A stretch of 64,000 nt of DNA from contig OZ024744.1 in the NCBI GenBank assembly GCA_964016885.1, positions 83,824,001 through 83,888,000 of the forward strand, given 5' to 3'. Positions 12,747-25,427 of this stretch are shown piece after piece; positions within the stretch are counted from its first letter, which is position 1; every line of letters starts with the position of its first letter. Source of the stretch: Eledone cirrhosa. Lineage: Eukaryota. Made by a program: the position numbers and the translations under genes. The notes below the pieces were generated by a model that saw only the letters and a list, made by a program, of their open reading frames with translations, was not told where the DNA came from and searched no databases.

Positions 12747-12892
12747 AATATGGTTTTATAAATATAGTTTCCATTTATTAATATCGTATATCTACTCCAA
12801 AAACTTGTCGAGTGCTTTATATCAGTTATAAAAATATTTACTTGTTGTATCCCAACAACTTTAAATAGAACTTTTGCATTTATATATATACA

Positions 12893-12970
<78 letters not shown>

Positions 12971-13061
12971 TGTATATATATATATATATGTATAAATATA
13001 TATATATATATATATACACATGTATATATATACATATATATATATATATATACATGTATAT

Positions 13062-13272
<211 letters not shown>

Positions 13273-13361
13273 TGTGTGTATATATGTATAAATATATATA
13301 TATATACACATGTATATATATATATATATATATACATACATGAATATATATATATATACAC

Positions 13362-13623
13362 AAAAGTCAGCTCAAAATTGACACAGAGGAGACTGAGGAT
13401 AGCTGGACATGCTCACCGACATCCACAGTTGACACTGCACTCAGTGCTCCTGTGGGAGCCCCTACATGGACACACTGGAAGAGTAAGATCAAGTTTAAAG
13501 TATGTTGATCCCCTCAGGACAGACACTAGTCTGTTGGAGACGCAGGACATGGCTGCGATATTGAGGGACAGAGACCGCTGGATAGAACTCGTCTATGGAT
13601 CTCGGGAATTTTACCCGCCCTAG
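13362..13623 (+). mobile_element. RTE-like LINE 3' fragment
   Basis: [14 protein letters not shown]...DRDRW. Same family as 1190-1515. Confidence 0.75.
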
Positions 13624-13746
13624 AATACATATATATATATATATATGTATGAATGAAGTAATTCCGTCGGAAAGGTCCATGAAAAAGAGTGCTCTAAGTA
13701 AGTTACAGAGCTTATTAGATATGTAATAAACAACATAAGATAATTA

Positions 13747-13806
13747 TTTCATTTACCAGTGGTTTCTTGAAAGCAACCAAAATTGTTTTCATTCATCAGA
13801 ATGAAA
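13747..13806 (-). ncRNA. Type I hammerhead ribozyme
   Basis: tttcatt-CTGATGA-atgaaaacaa ttttgg ttgctttcaa-GAAA-ccactgg-TA-aatgaaa. Perfect stem I, GUA triplet. Confidence 0.8.
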
Positions 13807-14083
13807 AAATCCTGGTGTCTTTATTGACAGTGGATTTGATACAAAAATATAACAGATATGAAAGTGAGGCTGTACGAAAAAAAAAGGGGTGGGGGAGAAT
13901 AATAAATAAGAATACATAACAACAGACACGTACACACGTACACACTCACATATACACACATATATACATATATACACACATATATACACACATATATACA
14001 CGCATATATACAGGTATATATACACAGAGACACATATACACACACATATACTATATATATATATATCCATACATAAACACACC

Positions 14084-14164
<81 letters not shown>

Positions 14165-14180
14165 TGGTGTGTTTATGTAT

Positions 14181-14221
<41 letters not shown>

Positions 14222-14804
14222 TATATATACATGCACGCACATACATATATATATATATTCATATATATACACATACACATACATACATACATACATACAT
14301 ACATACATACATACATACATACATACATACATACACACATATATACACACATGCATACGTACTCACATAAAAAAGATACATATGCACTCACACAAATAAG
14401 GATAAATACTCATAGTAGGCCGTCACATACAAATAAGCAAATAAAAAGTAAGGATTAAGAAAATAAAAAAAATAAAAAAATTATTAAGTTGACAACGATA
14501 CAAGACGGCAAAATTTAAAATAAAAATAAAATTAATAAAAATAATAATAATAATAATGCTTTCTTTAATTAACCACAAGGGTTTACATAAAGTAGACATT
14601 AAGGACAGTACAGGACAATACAGGACGGTACAAATGGGCATTTCTGCGTGTAAAAAAAACAGAGGATATAATAAAAATAACAATGAAAAATTCCCCAATA
14701 GGTGGGGAGACTTCCGAAGGACATTTGTGGAGAAAGCCCATTAAAAGGCCACAGTGACCCTGACCACCAGGGCAAGTGCCCTCTCCAAGTTTTCCACCTT
14801 TAAT

Positions 14805-17702
14805 TTAAAGACACATAATCAGAGAAGGCCCATTCACTCTGGCCATTCTTGCTTCTCTCACCCATCTTTCAACAAAATGCTGGGAAGAGAGCAGTTCCCT
14901 CTCTACCCTGATTTTCCTCTTCAAATGAAATTTGAAAATTTCAATCAGAGCATCACCGAAGAGGTAACTGCTCGTCTTCAGCCCTTTCAAACGTGTCCAC
15001 CATGCTATCTCTTTCGCCATGGCCACCAGACAGATAATAACTGCCTGCCCTTCCCGGCTAAAGAAGAGGGCGGGGCAATCCTCACGATGGACTCAGCTGA
15101 TAGCTGGATCCGTCCTACACGTGACAGCAGGTGTTCGACATAAACCCACAAGTCAGCGATGCTCGGACACTGGATAAGTGCGTGCTGGACGGTTTCGCCA
15201 CCTTGCGCGCATCTCGGCAAGCCCGGCTGACGGCACCTCCATGCCTGTAGAGTTTATCCCAAACTGGCAAAGATCCTCGGTAGCTCTGCCAGGCCAGGGA
15301 TTTCTGGAAGTTGTCCATAGGCCCTGGCCCGAAAGTCCTTCCGAAGAGATAATTTTCGTCGACGCCTAGAGTTTCTGCAAGTACGTCGTCGCTCTTCCCC
15401 TCCACTAGTCCTCTATAGAACGCCAAGGTAGAGTTTCCACCGATCACTTTGGAGGTAAGACAGAACCATACCCCTAGCAATTTAACCGGTCCGTCCGTCC
15501 AGCGCCCGACGACGCTGTTGGACGGCATGGACTTGCCTCTCCACGTGCCGAGTTGCAGGCCCACTGACTTTTCCTGGTTGATCATTGCTCCTGTCACCGT
15601 TTCGTATTCTCTTAGTGTAGTGCCGATCGCCTCGATGTGTTTGGCGTTCGACACCACTACGGTGACATCGTCCACATATGCTGACACGGATCTTCCGCAT
15701 CCTAATTCGCGCGGGACCCCCCTTCAACGTCTTCAGTTTGTGCAGTAATGGCTCGAGAGGCAATACGTAGAAAAGGGACGAGAGGGGACATCCTTGGCGG
15801 ACCGAGCGCATGATGTTGAACGGTTCCGAAAGATGACCATTCACTCTCACTACAGAGCAGATGTCGCTGTGCTGGCAGCGATCCAGCCTCTGAAGACGGG
15901 ACCAAAGCCAGCCGCCCTCAGGACTGCCGCTAGGTAACGATGGTCGACCCTATCGAAAGCTTTCGACTGATCTAAATTGATCAAGGACCCACCCGTGCCA
16001 GGTTCCCTAGCTAGCCTCTCTACGATGTATCGCATGAGGTGGAGGTTGTCGTGGATGGATCTGTCGGGAATGGCGCACGTCAGCGCCTCTCCCACCAGAC
16101 CACCAACGACAAGCGCCAACCTCTTTGCTAGCACCTTGGCCAAAATCTTGAATTCTGTGTTTAGCAGAGTTATGGGGCTGAAATTATCTGTTATCCCCCT
16201 TGTTCGGACTCTTTCTTAGCAGCGCCACAGCTCCTCTGCTCACAGAGCTGGGAATTCTCCCGTTCTGTTGCCAGTCGCAGTAGACGTCCGCCAAGAGGCC
16301 TCCGAACAAGTCTGGCATCTGTACGTAAAGTTCATCGGGCAGACCATCCAAACAAGTCATTGCCTCCCGTACTTCAGCGGCTGTTATCGGCTTTTCGCAA
16401 CACTCCGCCTCAGTGGCCGAGAGCCGCGGCAGTCCGTCGAGGTAGGCACTAAAGTCCATCGCTCAATCCGGCCCGCCGCTGCCCCGAACAGCTGTGTGAA
16501 GTGTCGCTGAAAAGCTTCAAACATTTCCCAGGGATCGAGTAGCATGCGCCCGTCGTGGTCCACCAATGATCGATCGTGGCTTTGTTGCCACGACGCGCCT
16601 CCGCCACTCAGGCCCATTGAACGGCTTTCGTACCCTCGTTTCTGAGAGCACGCACCCTAGCTCTGACAACGCAGCCTTCGTGCTTTGCATTGAAGAATTC
16701 GTCAAGGGCCAATTTCGCCGCAAGTAAGTCGCTCGCGATGCCTTTGCTAAGCGCCTCGTCTAATTTTCTAACTAATTCTCCCTCTGCTCTGTGTTTCTCT
16801 ATTGTTAAAGCCTTACTAAACCTAATGGACTCTATTCTAATTGCTCTTTTTAGAGCAAACCACCACTTGTTGTTGACGATGGCCCCCGTCAACGCCCGCT
16901 TAACTAGTTCGCTAATCCAGTCTCTGTAGGCCTTGCGCGCTGGTAAGAACGCGTTTAGCTTCCAGTAGCCGGGTCCTCGTCTATGAAGCCTATCTATGTC
17001 AAGCACACAGATCACGAATTTGTGGTCCGTGTAGCTGACTATCTTGAATTGTAGACAGGCTATGCTAGACCTATCTATTTCCCTACACAATACTCTATCT
17101 AGATATGATCTGGATGATCCTATGCGATTTGTCCAAGTCCACATTGGCACATTCGGGGTATTCAATCGGTACCTGTCAGACAGTTCAAAACGCCTGAGCA
17201 GGTTGGTGAGACTCTTGCACCCTCCTCCCATATCCACTAATTCCACACAGTCCCCAGCGTGTATCTAAGATCCCGTTCCAGTCTCCCACTAACACTAAAG
17301 AGCGGGACGTTCCAAGAAAGGTCTCCAGACGCCGGAAGAAATCAAGCCGCCCTGTTCCTGTCGGGGCATAGACGACCACTAACCTGAAAGCTTGCCCGTC
17401 TCTGCTGGTCACGTCCAGCACCACCAACTTACCTTCTGGGTCCAGGAAGATGACCCGTATGGCAAGATCCAAACCTCTCCGAAAAAGCACAGCAACTCCT
17501 ACCCCCGAACCCGGACGGCTGGGAGATGCGTACACAGGTAGCCGCCGAAGATCGGTGCGAAGACCAGTGCTTCGGAGATTCTGGTCTCGCTGATGGCCAC
17601 TACATCTATGTTTAGTGACCTGATATCGTTGAGCAGGTGGCCCTGCTTCCATGACGACCCCAAGCCACGCACATTTATGCTCCCTATTCTGAGTGAGGTC
17701 AT
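14805..17702 (-). pseudogene. LINE ORF2 pseudogene: APE endonuclease, reverse transcriptase and C-terminal Cys motif
   Basis: SINVRGL, ISETR, VYAP, LVGDWNG, SYLDR, SYTDH, GYWKLN; LDQSKAFDRVDH, VRQGCPLS, AYVDD; PRC...ETVQHALIQC. Multiple frameshifts and a probable internal deletion near 15450. Confidence 0.9.
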
Positions 17703-17734
17703 GATGAAATGGAGTGGAAAAGATGGGAAAGACC

Positions 17735-19671
17735 ACTTACCTTACTTCTCGTAGAGGAAGGACAGTTTCTCCATCCTTTTCACTGCTTGTGGCCTCCTTG
17801 GAAGGATGTCCTTATAAATCCTCCTGGAGAGTGCTTGTCGGAAGTCTCCGATGTCTTTGGGGAATTTTTGTTTTAGTGTCATGTACGTTTTCTGTGTGAT
17901 GCGAGTGATTTGAATGTGTGGAGGTGGTGGAACTTTTGGGTTGTTGTGTAGTCTTTTTCTGTGATGCTGGTGTTGTGTTGGATGTAGTGTAATAATTGGT
18001 TGGTGTTCAAATTTAATGTTGTGTTGTGTGTATCGTTTTGGTTGTTTTGTTTTTTTTGCGTTAGTTGTGGTTTTGTTTCTGTTTCGCTTTTTGGTGATTT
18101 TGTGGTGTAGGTGATGGTTGTGTTGGGGTTAATGATGGTGATGGTGTTGGTGTTTGGGGTGATGGGGTTGGTGATGCTGGGGTGGATGGTGGCATATCTG
18201 TCCTAATTTTTTTGTTTGATAGTTTATTTGTTTCCCTCTGTATTGTGTTTTTGGAGGGGGAGGGAAGAGAATTTTTTCTTTTTTGATTTCGTTTTTTGTT
18301 TTTTCATGACACCATTTCCCACTCCTCGCCGTCACAATCTGTCTCCCGTTGTGATAGTCCGGGGAGTGGAAAATCCCCCACAGGCGTTGGTTTTGGTTGT
18401 GGCGTGGTGGATGGTGTAGGCGCTGGTGCTAGTTCTGGCGTGTTGTGTGGTGGTGGTGTTGGTTTTTCTACTGTTGCTAGGGTTGTTGCTTCTGTTGTTG
18501 CTGCTAGAGTTGTTGCTGCCATCTCTGCTGCTGGTGGTGTTGATGGTTGAGTCACTGGGATGGGTAGGAGAGGTGGCCTCAACCTTTTAGCCTGAGGGCA
18601 GAAAGCCCTTAGGTGGGTTCCTTCACCAAAAATACACAACTAGGCCTTCTGCCCTCGATGAGGTGGCTGCCGTCAGTGAGGTCTATTACCTCTGGGATCT
18701 CCTCAATGCTTTTTGGTCCGCTTGGATCAGGAGCTCCATCCCAGATCCGGACCAGTTCTCCTGCTTTTCTTTCGCTATTTCGATTATCTTGGTGTTGGCC
18801 TCGATGCCGGCGAGGACGGCAGCTATTAGCCTGGGAATTTCGATGGCCGGTGGAACGTGGTTCACCTTGATCTTTACGAGTCTCTGGCCACAATAGCTTG
18901 GGACGAGTGTAAAGTCGTCACTTCTTAATGGAGCCATGGAATGTTCTCTAGCCTCCTATGGTGTTTCAAAGAACACGTCCACGGTTCCATATTTCTGCCG
19001 CGTCTGATGTGGGTTTCTTTGCCCACACATGTCCCAAAGCTTTTTGGATTTGGGACTCGGATACCCGTTCCATCGTTCCATTCGGCGCGATCTTATATTA
19101 ATTGTTAGATAAGACACGGTGCATAGGCGCAGATGGTCCATTGTATTAGGTGTGGGGGGGGGGGCTGACCCTATACCCATCTTTCTTTACCATTTTTTTG
19201 CCTTCTTCTAATTCCTCCTGAGTTACCTGAAATGCTTCGCACTGTTTTGCTACTCTGGCAAAACTCAGGGTGGTTTTCTTAATGTCATTGCTGCTGTTGT
19301 TGTTATCGTTATTCTTGTTATTGTTAATTTTAGTTTCAGTTGTGGTGGTGGTGGCGTCAGTGGTGTTCGGTGTGGAAGAGTTCATTTTGGTTGAATTCAT
19401 TTCGATATCACGGGTTAATTTATTTTTTTCTTTTGTTTCTGTTGTCGCAGTGGTGGTGGTGGGGGGGTTGTCGCGGTGGTGGTGGTGGTGGTGGTGGCGG
19501 CTTATAACCTGCAGTCATTGGTAATGGCGGGAAATGAATGTCTGCCTGAGACAAATTTAAAATATTGCTACTGCTTATATTTTTAGTGTTGGCAAACGTA
19601 GTAATATTTACAATGCTTGTGTCGGTGTGAGGTGTTAGTATGTGAGGAAGGAGTGACTCTAAGTCATCCAT
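17735..19671 (-). pseudogene. LINE ORF1 (gag-like) pseudogene
   Basis: Low-complexity N-terminus, SFARVAK motif, degenerate zinc knuckle (C...GEGTHLRAFCP) and Pro/Thr-rich tail directly upstream of ORF2. Confidence 0.65.
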
Positions 19672-19886
19672 GATTTTTCAAAGAAAAATTTTTGTTTGAT
19701 AATTATAAAAGTTTAAATTTTGGGCTCAATGCCCCAATCTTTTTGGGTGTCCTTTTCAGATAACAATGTATATGCTCTTATATACAGATAACAATAAAAA
19801 CTTTCCATGAATGGCAATTTTAATTGACCAAACGCACGTGGTAAGCAAATGCACAAAAAAAAAACTAAATATATATATATAGAAAT

Positions 19887-20327
19887 ATAGGAACAAGTAC
19901 GATCCCTCTATCATTGGTGTTTTCATACTCTGTTAAATTGCTACGGAGTTTTTGTAGGAATCTGTTGTATCTGGGTTTGAATTTAATGCTCTTGAGCAGT
20001 TGGAAAAGGTCATTCTCGAAGGGTGAATGCATAGGGTTTCGAGGGGGAGATTTGTAGGTATTAAATCCGAATCTCTCCTTGGTATCGAAGTCCTGATTGT
20101 CGCAATATCTGTCGTAGAATAAAGTTCTCCATCTTAGTCTTTTCCCAAAGAGGTCGATTTTTTGCGTGAGCATCCGAAGGTAGAATTTTCTCGGTGGGAC
20201 TGGGATGTTCTTGGTGGAGAAGTCTTTGGGATTCTACTTGTTCCTCTTACCCACTCTACTACCCTAAGTATTGAGTACTTTGGTGCGTTATGGTCCATCT
20301 GGTTCCTTACCACATTTCCTTCGTTAT
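19887..20327 (-). mobile_element. Naiad-type PLE N-terminal fragment between 20-bp inverted repeats
   Basis: FSTKNIPVPPRKFYLRMLTQKIDLFGKRLRWR...FGFNT...FENDL is homologous to the N-terminus of the 22019 ORF. 20228-20327 matches 27451-27550. Confidence 0.8.
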
Positions 20328-20402
20328 ATAAAAATAGATATATATACATATATATATATACATATATATATATACATATATATATACATATATATATATA
20401 TG

Positions 20403-21012
20403 CATTAAATCCGGAGGCAACGAGTGGTATTACGTGGGATCAACGGCAACATCGTTTAAATCTCGATTGTATAGGCATTCTTACTCAATAAAACACCAGA
20501 GCCAAAGAAATGTAACAACTTTAGCAGAGAAAGCTTGGACGCTCAGGGATAGCAATCAAAAGTTTACCCTAAAATGGGAAAAATTAGCTAAAACCCAAAG
20601 CTTTTCCAGGAGCCAAAATTTCTGCAAATTGTGTAATCTTGAGATTTATTACATAATCACACACAAGAAGAAACTGCTGAATAACAGAATTGAACGAACA
20701 TTATTCTGCCGTCACAGAACTAAAACCCTTTTTTCCCACTACAAGCCGAATATTACATAAAAGAGGGACATCCCCCAACTATATAAACCTTAATCTAGTT
20801 AGAAAAATATAAAAACAATCTCTTTTCAACATATATTAATAACCTTAAATTACCATACTAATAATGAAAAGATATGCTGATGAGAATAGGTACAAATATG
20901 CGATAATGAATGTGTCTAAAAACGTCCATAAGTATGTATATATATGTGAAAATGTATATAAATAAGTAAATATATATATATGTTTGAAAGTGTATTCATG
21001 TATTAAAGTGCT

Positions 21013-21047
<35 letters not shown>

Positions 21048-21064
21048 ATATGTGTGTATATATG

Positions 21065-21107
<43 letters not shown>

Positions 21108-21853
21108 GTGTATGTATATATGTATATATATATGTGTATGTATGTATGTGTATATGGATGTGTATGTATGTGTATGTGTGTACACATGGACTAGAGTATG
21201 TATGTATATATGTGTGTGTCTATACGTGTGTATATATAAAGATAAGTTGAGTATGAAAATGTATACACATGAGCGCGTATGTATGTACATGAATACATGT
21301 GTGTATATATATGTGTATGCATGTGTATATATATGTAAGTATGAATATGTGAATTGTGAGTATATGTATTTTGTAGAGGTGTGCAAATATATTTATGTGT
21401 GAATGCGTGGGTGAAAGAATACGTACACTTGAAAGAAAAATTGAAGTCTGAATGTTAAGTGCAAACACAAAACCAACCACGCATATCTTTACTATCTCTA
21501 ATCCTTCTATAGATTTAGAAAAATAACCAATAATATATTCTATAAAAAATGTCAAAACAACAGATGGGAATCTAATTAATCACTGCCACCAAGAATTCTC
21601 ACTGCTATCGAAAAACCACTCCTTCAACTATTCTTCTAACAACTTCACCCCTTCCTCCTAATATTCTCTATAAAAACTAAATAGGTCCTCAGTAATATTA
21701 TTCTGATGAAATGACAGTAAATAATAACATTGAAATATTGAATGTCTGCATAACTAAAAGTTTGTAGATAGCTGTTTTAGGTTATGTAACTGTTATAGAA
21801 ACACGTGTCAATAAATTCCTTTCAACTAAACTGTATCCATTCAAATCTTTCTA
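20403..21853 (+). repeat. 5' pseudo-LTR (1451 bp; duplicate of ORF 3' end plus 3'UTR)
   Basis: Matches 23983-25429 apart from one substitution I noticed (20426) and ~4 bp of microsatellite length. Confidence 0.93.
21698..21814 (+). ncRNA. Type I hammerhead ribozyme with enlarged stem II domain
   Basis: ttatt-CTGATGA-a-atgacagt[~70 nt]actgttat-a-GAAA-cacgtg-TC-aataa. Palindromic stem III. Predicted cleavage after 21809. Confidence 0.78.
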
Positions 21854-22018
21854 TTTTTCTCCGGATTACTTTTGGAACTACAACTGGAACCGTCGAGCAA
21901 ACTCTACGTAAGCTGATAATCTACTGTGTATAATATTTATATTACAACACAACGGAAAATACTGTATATTTACCTCCTGTAAAGTCGAGCAACCCACACA
22001 GCAAACGCAACCACAACA

Positions 22019-24340
22019 ATGGAAAAACACTACCTGGATATGTCACTCAAAAACATACCAACCCAAGGTAGAAAGGAATATTTATTGAGCATGATTCAAA
22101 AAACTAATGAATTCATTCGACGTGTCAGGTGGAAAACGCTCCACTATGATAGAAGCCGTATGAACTCAACATTAGAAAGTGGTGTAAACAACAAATTCGG
22201 TTTTAGGACTTGTAAAAACCCACCCACCAACCCACTATTAGATGCATTTGAGCAGGACCTTATGAACTTAATCCTTAAAATTAAATTCAAAGGACGCAAC
22301 ACCAACAGCAAATTACAGAACGATATAAAAAAACTACTGGACGACCTTAAAAACACCAAAGGAATTGTAGTAAAAGCGGACAAAACATCAAACCTGTACA
22401 CTATGGATTGCACTACATACAACAACTTCATTCGAAAAGAATTACATAAAAAATATAGAAAAATGAGTGAAGTAACCCTTAAGCACATCAATGATGAGGC
22501 ATGCGAAATAGTGAAAAATCTCGGAATCGAAGATAGGACAGGACCACTCTTACCGGCGGTACCCACTTTCAATCTTAAGGACCACAAGGTAAACTTTGAT
22601 AATGACCCTAAAATTAGATTAATCTGCCCCTCTAAATCAGATATAGGTAAAATAAGCAAATATATCTTAGATAGAATCATCCCCCAAATTAAGGCTAAGG
22701 TTAACATTAAACTCTGGGGGAAGACCCAAGAAGCAATAAGATGGTTTAATAGCATTAGCAATAAGAATAAATCTAAGTTTATCCAGTTTGATATCGATGA
22801 ATATTACTCATCGATATCACCTGAAACTTTGAATAGAGCCATTAAGTTTGCTAAGGATAACTCCGACCTTACAAACGATGAAATTAAGATTATATTAGAA
22901 GCTAGGAAAACTATAGTCAAATTTGAGAACAGTTATTGGGTACGTAAAGATAGACCCTCTAACTTTGACATAACAATGGGCTCTAACGATTCGGCGGAAA
23001 TAACTGATATTGTGGGGTTATTTATCGCCTTTAGACTCCAGGAAAAATTCAGCAATCTCCACGGCGGAATATACCGCGACGATGTTCTCCTCCTAGCTAA
23101 AAACCTTAATAACCAAAAACTAGAAAAACTACGCAAAGATATAAGAAAACTACTACTCGAAATAGGACTAACTATAACATATGAATACAACCTTAAAGTA
23201 GTTAACTTCCTGGATGTCACACTCAATTTAAACTCTGGTTTGATTAAACCGTTTCATAAATTGAATGAAAATCTCAAATACGTAAATGTTGGGTCTAACC
23301 ACCCCATCTCTATAATTAAATCTATCCCTAAAAATATTTCCCTTAGAATCTCGGGTCTATCTTCTAACATACAAGTATTTAAGGAACACGCCGAGTACTA
23401 CGATAACGCCCTTAGTAAAGCAGGCTACCTCAACAAAATAGAGTACATAGATGGGAACAATCAAAACACCCAAAATAAATCCCACATAGGTAGATATAAT
23501 AACACAACACCAAACCACACTTACTACCATAGTATGCACACCAGTAAACCAACAAACAAAACTAATAGAAAGCGATGCAAAGAGTACTTATGGTATAACC
23601 CCGAATACAATAGCTCCATTAGTACAAATTTACCAGTACTCTTCTTTAAAATAATTAAAAGACATTTTCCCACATCACACAAATACCACAAAATCCTAAA
23701 CCCTACCACTATAAGACTGTCATACTCTACAGCGTTAAACCTTGAACAACACATAAAAAAGATCAATACTAGAAGGTTAAACGAAAACACTAAGAACTTA
23801 AGTACAAAGAACCCCCAAAAAACAGTAGACAATACACTACAGAACATAAATAAACCACACCTAAGTTCGTCCGCAATACTACTCCAGAGAAAACCCAACG
23901 TACACAACTGTAACTGCACCTATCCTGACAACTGCCCCCTCGGCAATAACTGCCTGGAAAAAAATATTATTTATAAGTGTACCATTAAATCCGGAGGCAA
24001 CGAGTGTTATTACGTGGGATCAACGGCAACATCGTTTAAATCTCGATTGTATAGGCATTCTTACTCAATAAAACACCAGAGCCAAAGAAATGTAACAACT
24101 TTAGCAGAGAAAGCTTGGACGCTCAGGGATAGCAATCAAAAGTTTACCCTAAAATGGGAAAAATTAGCTAAAACCCAAAGCTTTTCCAGGAGCCAAAATT
24201 TCTGCAAATTGTGTAATCTTGAGATTTATTACATAATCACACACAAGAAGAAACTGCTGAATAACAGAATTGAACGAACATTATTCTGCCGTCACAGAAC
24301 TAAAACCCTTTTTTCCCACTACAAGCCGAATATTACATAA
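22019..24340 (+). CDS. Penelope-like (Naiad) reverse transcriptase / GIY-YIG endonuclease polyprotein, 773 aa
   Basis: Uninterrupted ORF. N-terminal SLKNIP...RVRWK; RT motifs KADK, FDIDEYYSSI, TMGSNDSAE, YRDD, NFLDVT; CNC-x5-CPL-x3-C; IIY...YVG (GIY-YIG); CxLCxxE; CRH. Confidence 0.95.
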   Translation: MEKHYLDMSLKNIPTQGRKEYLLSMIQKTNEFIRRVRWKTLHYDRSRMNSTLESGVNNKFGFRTCKNPPTNPLLDAFEQDLMNLILKIKFKGRNTNSKLQNDIKKLLDDLKNTKGIVVKADKTSNLYTMDCTTYNNFIRKELHKKYRKMSEVTLKHINDEACEIVKNLGIEDRTGPLLPAVPTFNLKDHKVNFDNDPKIRLICPSKSDIGKISKYILDRIIPQIKAKVNIKLWGKTQEAIRWFNSISNKNKSKFIQFDIDEYYSSISPETLNRAIKFAKDNSDLTNDEIKIILEARKTIVKFENSYWVRKDRPSNFDITMGSNDSAEITDIVGLFIAFRLQEKFSNLHGGIYRDDVLLLAKNLNNQKLEKLRKDIRKLLLEIGLTITYEYNLKVVNFLDVTLNLNSGLIKPFHKLNENLKYVNVGSNHPISIIKSIPKNISLRISGLSSNIQVFKEHAEYYDNALSKAGYLNKIEYIDGNNQNTQNKSHIGRYNNTTPNHTYYHSMHTSKPTNKTNRKRCKEYLWYNPEYNSSISTNLPVLFFKIIKRHFPTSHKYHKILNPTTIRLSYSTALNLEQHIKKINTRRLNENTKNLSTKNPQKTVDNTLQNINKPHLSSSAILLQRKPNVHNCNCTYPDNCPLGNNCLEKNIIYKCTIKSGGNECYYVGSTATSFKSRLYRHSYSIKHQSQRNVTTLAEKAWTLRDSNQKFTLKWEKLAKTQSFSRSQNFCKLCNLEIYYIITHKKKLLNNRIERTLFCRHRTKTLFSHYKPNIT

Positions 24341-24592
24341 AAGAGGGACATCCCCCAACTATATAAACCTTAATCTAGTTAGAAAAATATAAAAACAATC
24401 TCTTTTCAACATATATTAATAACCTTAAATTACCATACTAATAATGAAAAGATATGCTGATGAGAATAGGTACAAATATGCGATAATGAATGTGTCTAAA
24501 AACGTCCATAAGTATGTATATATATGTGAAAATGTATATAAATAAGTAAATATATATATATGTTTGAAAGTGTATTCATGTATTAAAGTGCT

Positions 24593-24625
<33 letters not shown>

Positions 24626-24642
24626 ATATGTGTGTATATATG

Positions 24643-24683
<41 letters not shown>

Positions 24684-25427
24684 GTGTATGTATATATGTA
24701 TATATATATGTGTATGTATGTATGTGTATATGGATGTGTATGTATGTGTATGTGTGTACACATGGACTAGAGTATGTATGTATATATGTGTGTGTCTATA
24801 CGTGTGTATATATAAAGATAAGTTGAGTATGAAAATGTATACACATGAGCGCGTATGTATGTACATGAATACATGTGTGTATATATATGTGTATGCATGT
24901 GTATATATATGTAAGTATGAATATGTGAATTGTGAGTATATGTATTTTGTAGAGGTGTGCAAATATATTTATGTGTGAATGCGTGGGTGAAAGAATACGT
25001 ACACTTGAAAGAAAAATTGAAGTCTGAATGTTAAGTGCAAACACAAAACCAACCACGCATATCTTTACTATCTCTAATCCTTCTATAGATTTAGAAAAAT
25101 AACCAATAATATATTCTATAAAAAATGTCAAAACAACAGATGGGAATCTAATTAATCACTGCCACCAAGAATTCTCACTGCTATCGAAAAACCACTCCTT
25201 CAACTATTCTTCTAACAACTTCACCCCTTCCTCCTAATATTCTCTATAAAAACTAAATAGGTCCTCAGTAATATTATTCTGATGAAATGACAGTAAATAA
25301 TAACATTGAAATATTGAATGTCTGCATAACTAAAAGTTTGTAGATAGCTGTTTTAGGTTATGTAACTGTTATAGAAACACGTGTCAATAAATTCCTTTCA
25401 ACTAAACTGTATCCATTCAAATCTTTC

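Larger units (their letters stand above)
12377..12880. mobile_element. Non-coding PLE-derived mini element with 145-bp inverted arms and a tail
   Basis: Arms 12377-12521 and 12644-12788 differ by one base. Tail 12789-12880 matches 9545-9620. Embedded in (TA)n. Confidence 0.8.
14558..19720 (-). mobile_element. Near full-length degenerate Tx1/L1-clade LINE
   Basis: Frameshifted ORF1 and ORF2 (listed separately). The 3' end TAAAGAAAGC runs into (ATT)n. The 5' boundary is approximate. Confidence 0.88.

Noticed and set aside
20877-20925. Extra CTGATGA in the pseudo-LTR
   Set aside because: No stem II/GAAA/stem III arrangement follows.
21711-21745. SECIS-like ATGA-N11-AA...TGA spacing in the Naiad 3'UTR
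   Set aside because: Helix II does not pair in SECIS register, the region fits HHR stem II better, and the ORF has no in-frame TGA.
22144-23919. Antisense ORFs (205, 97, 131 aa) within the Naiad ORF
   Set aside because: Shadow frames of the coding strand with no motifs.
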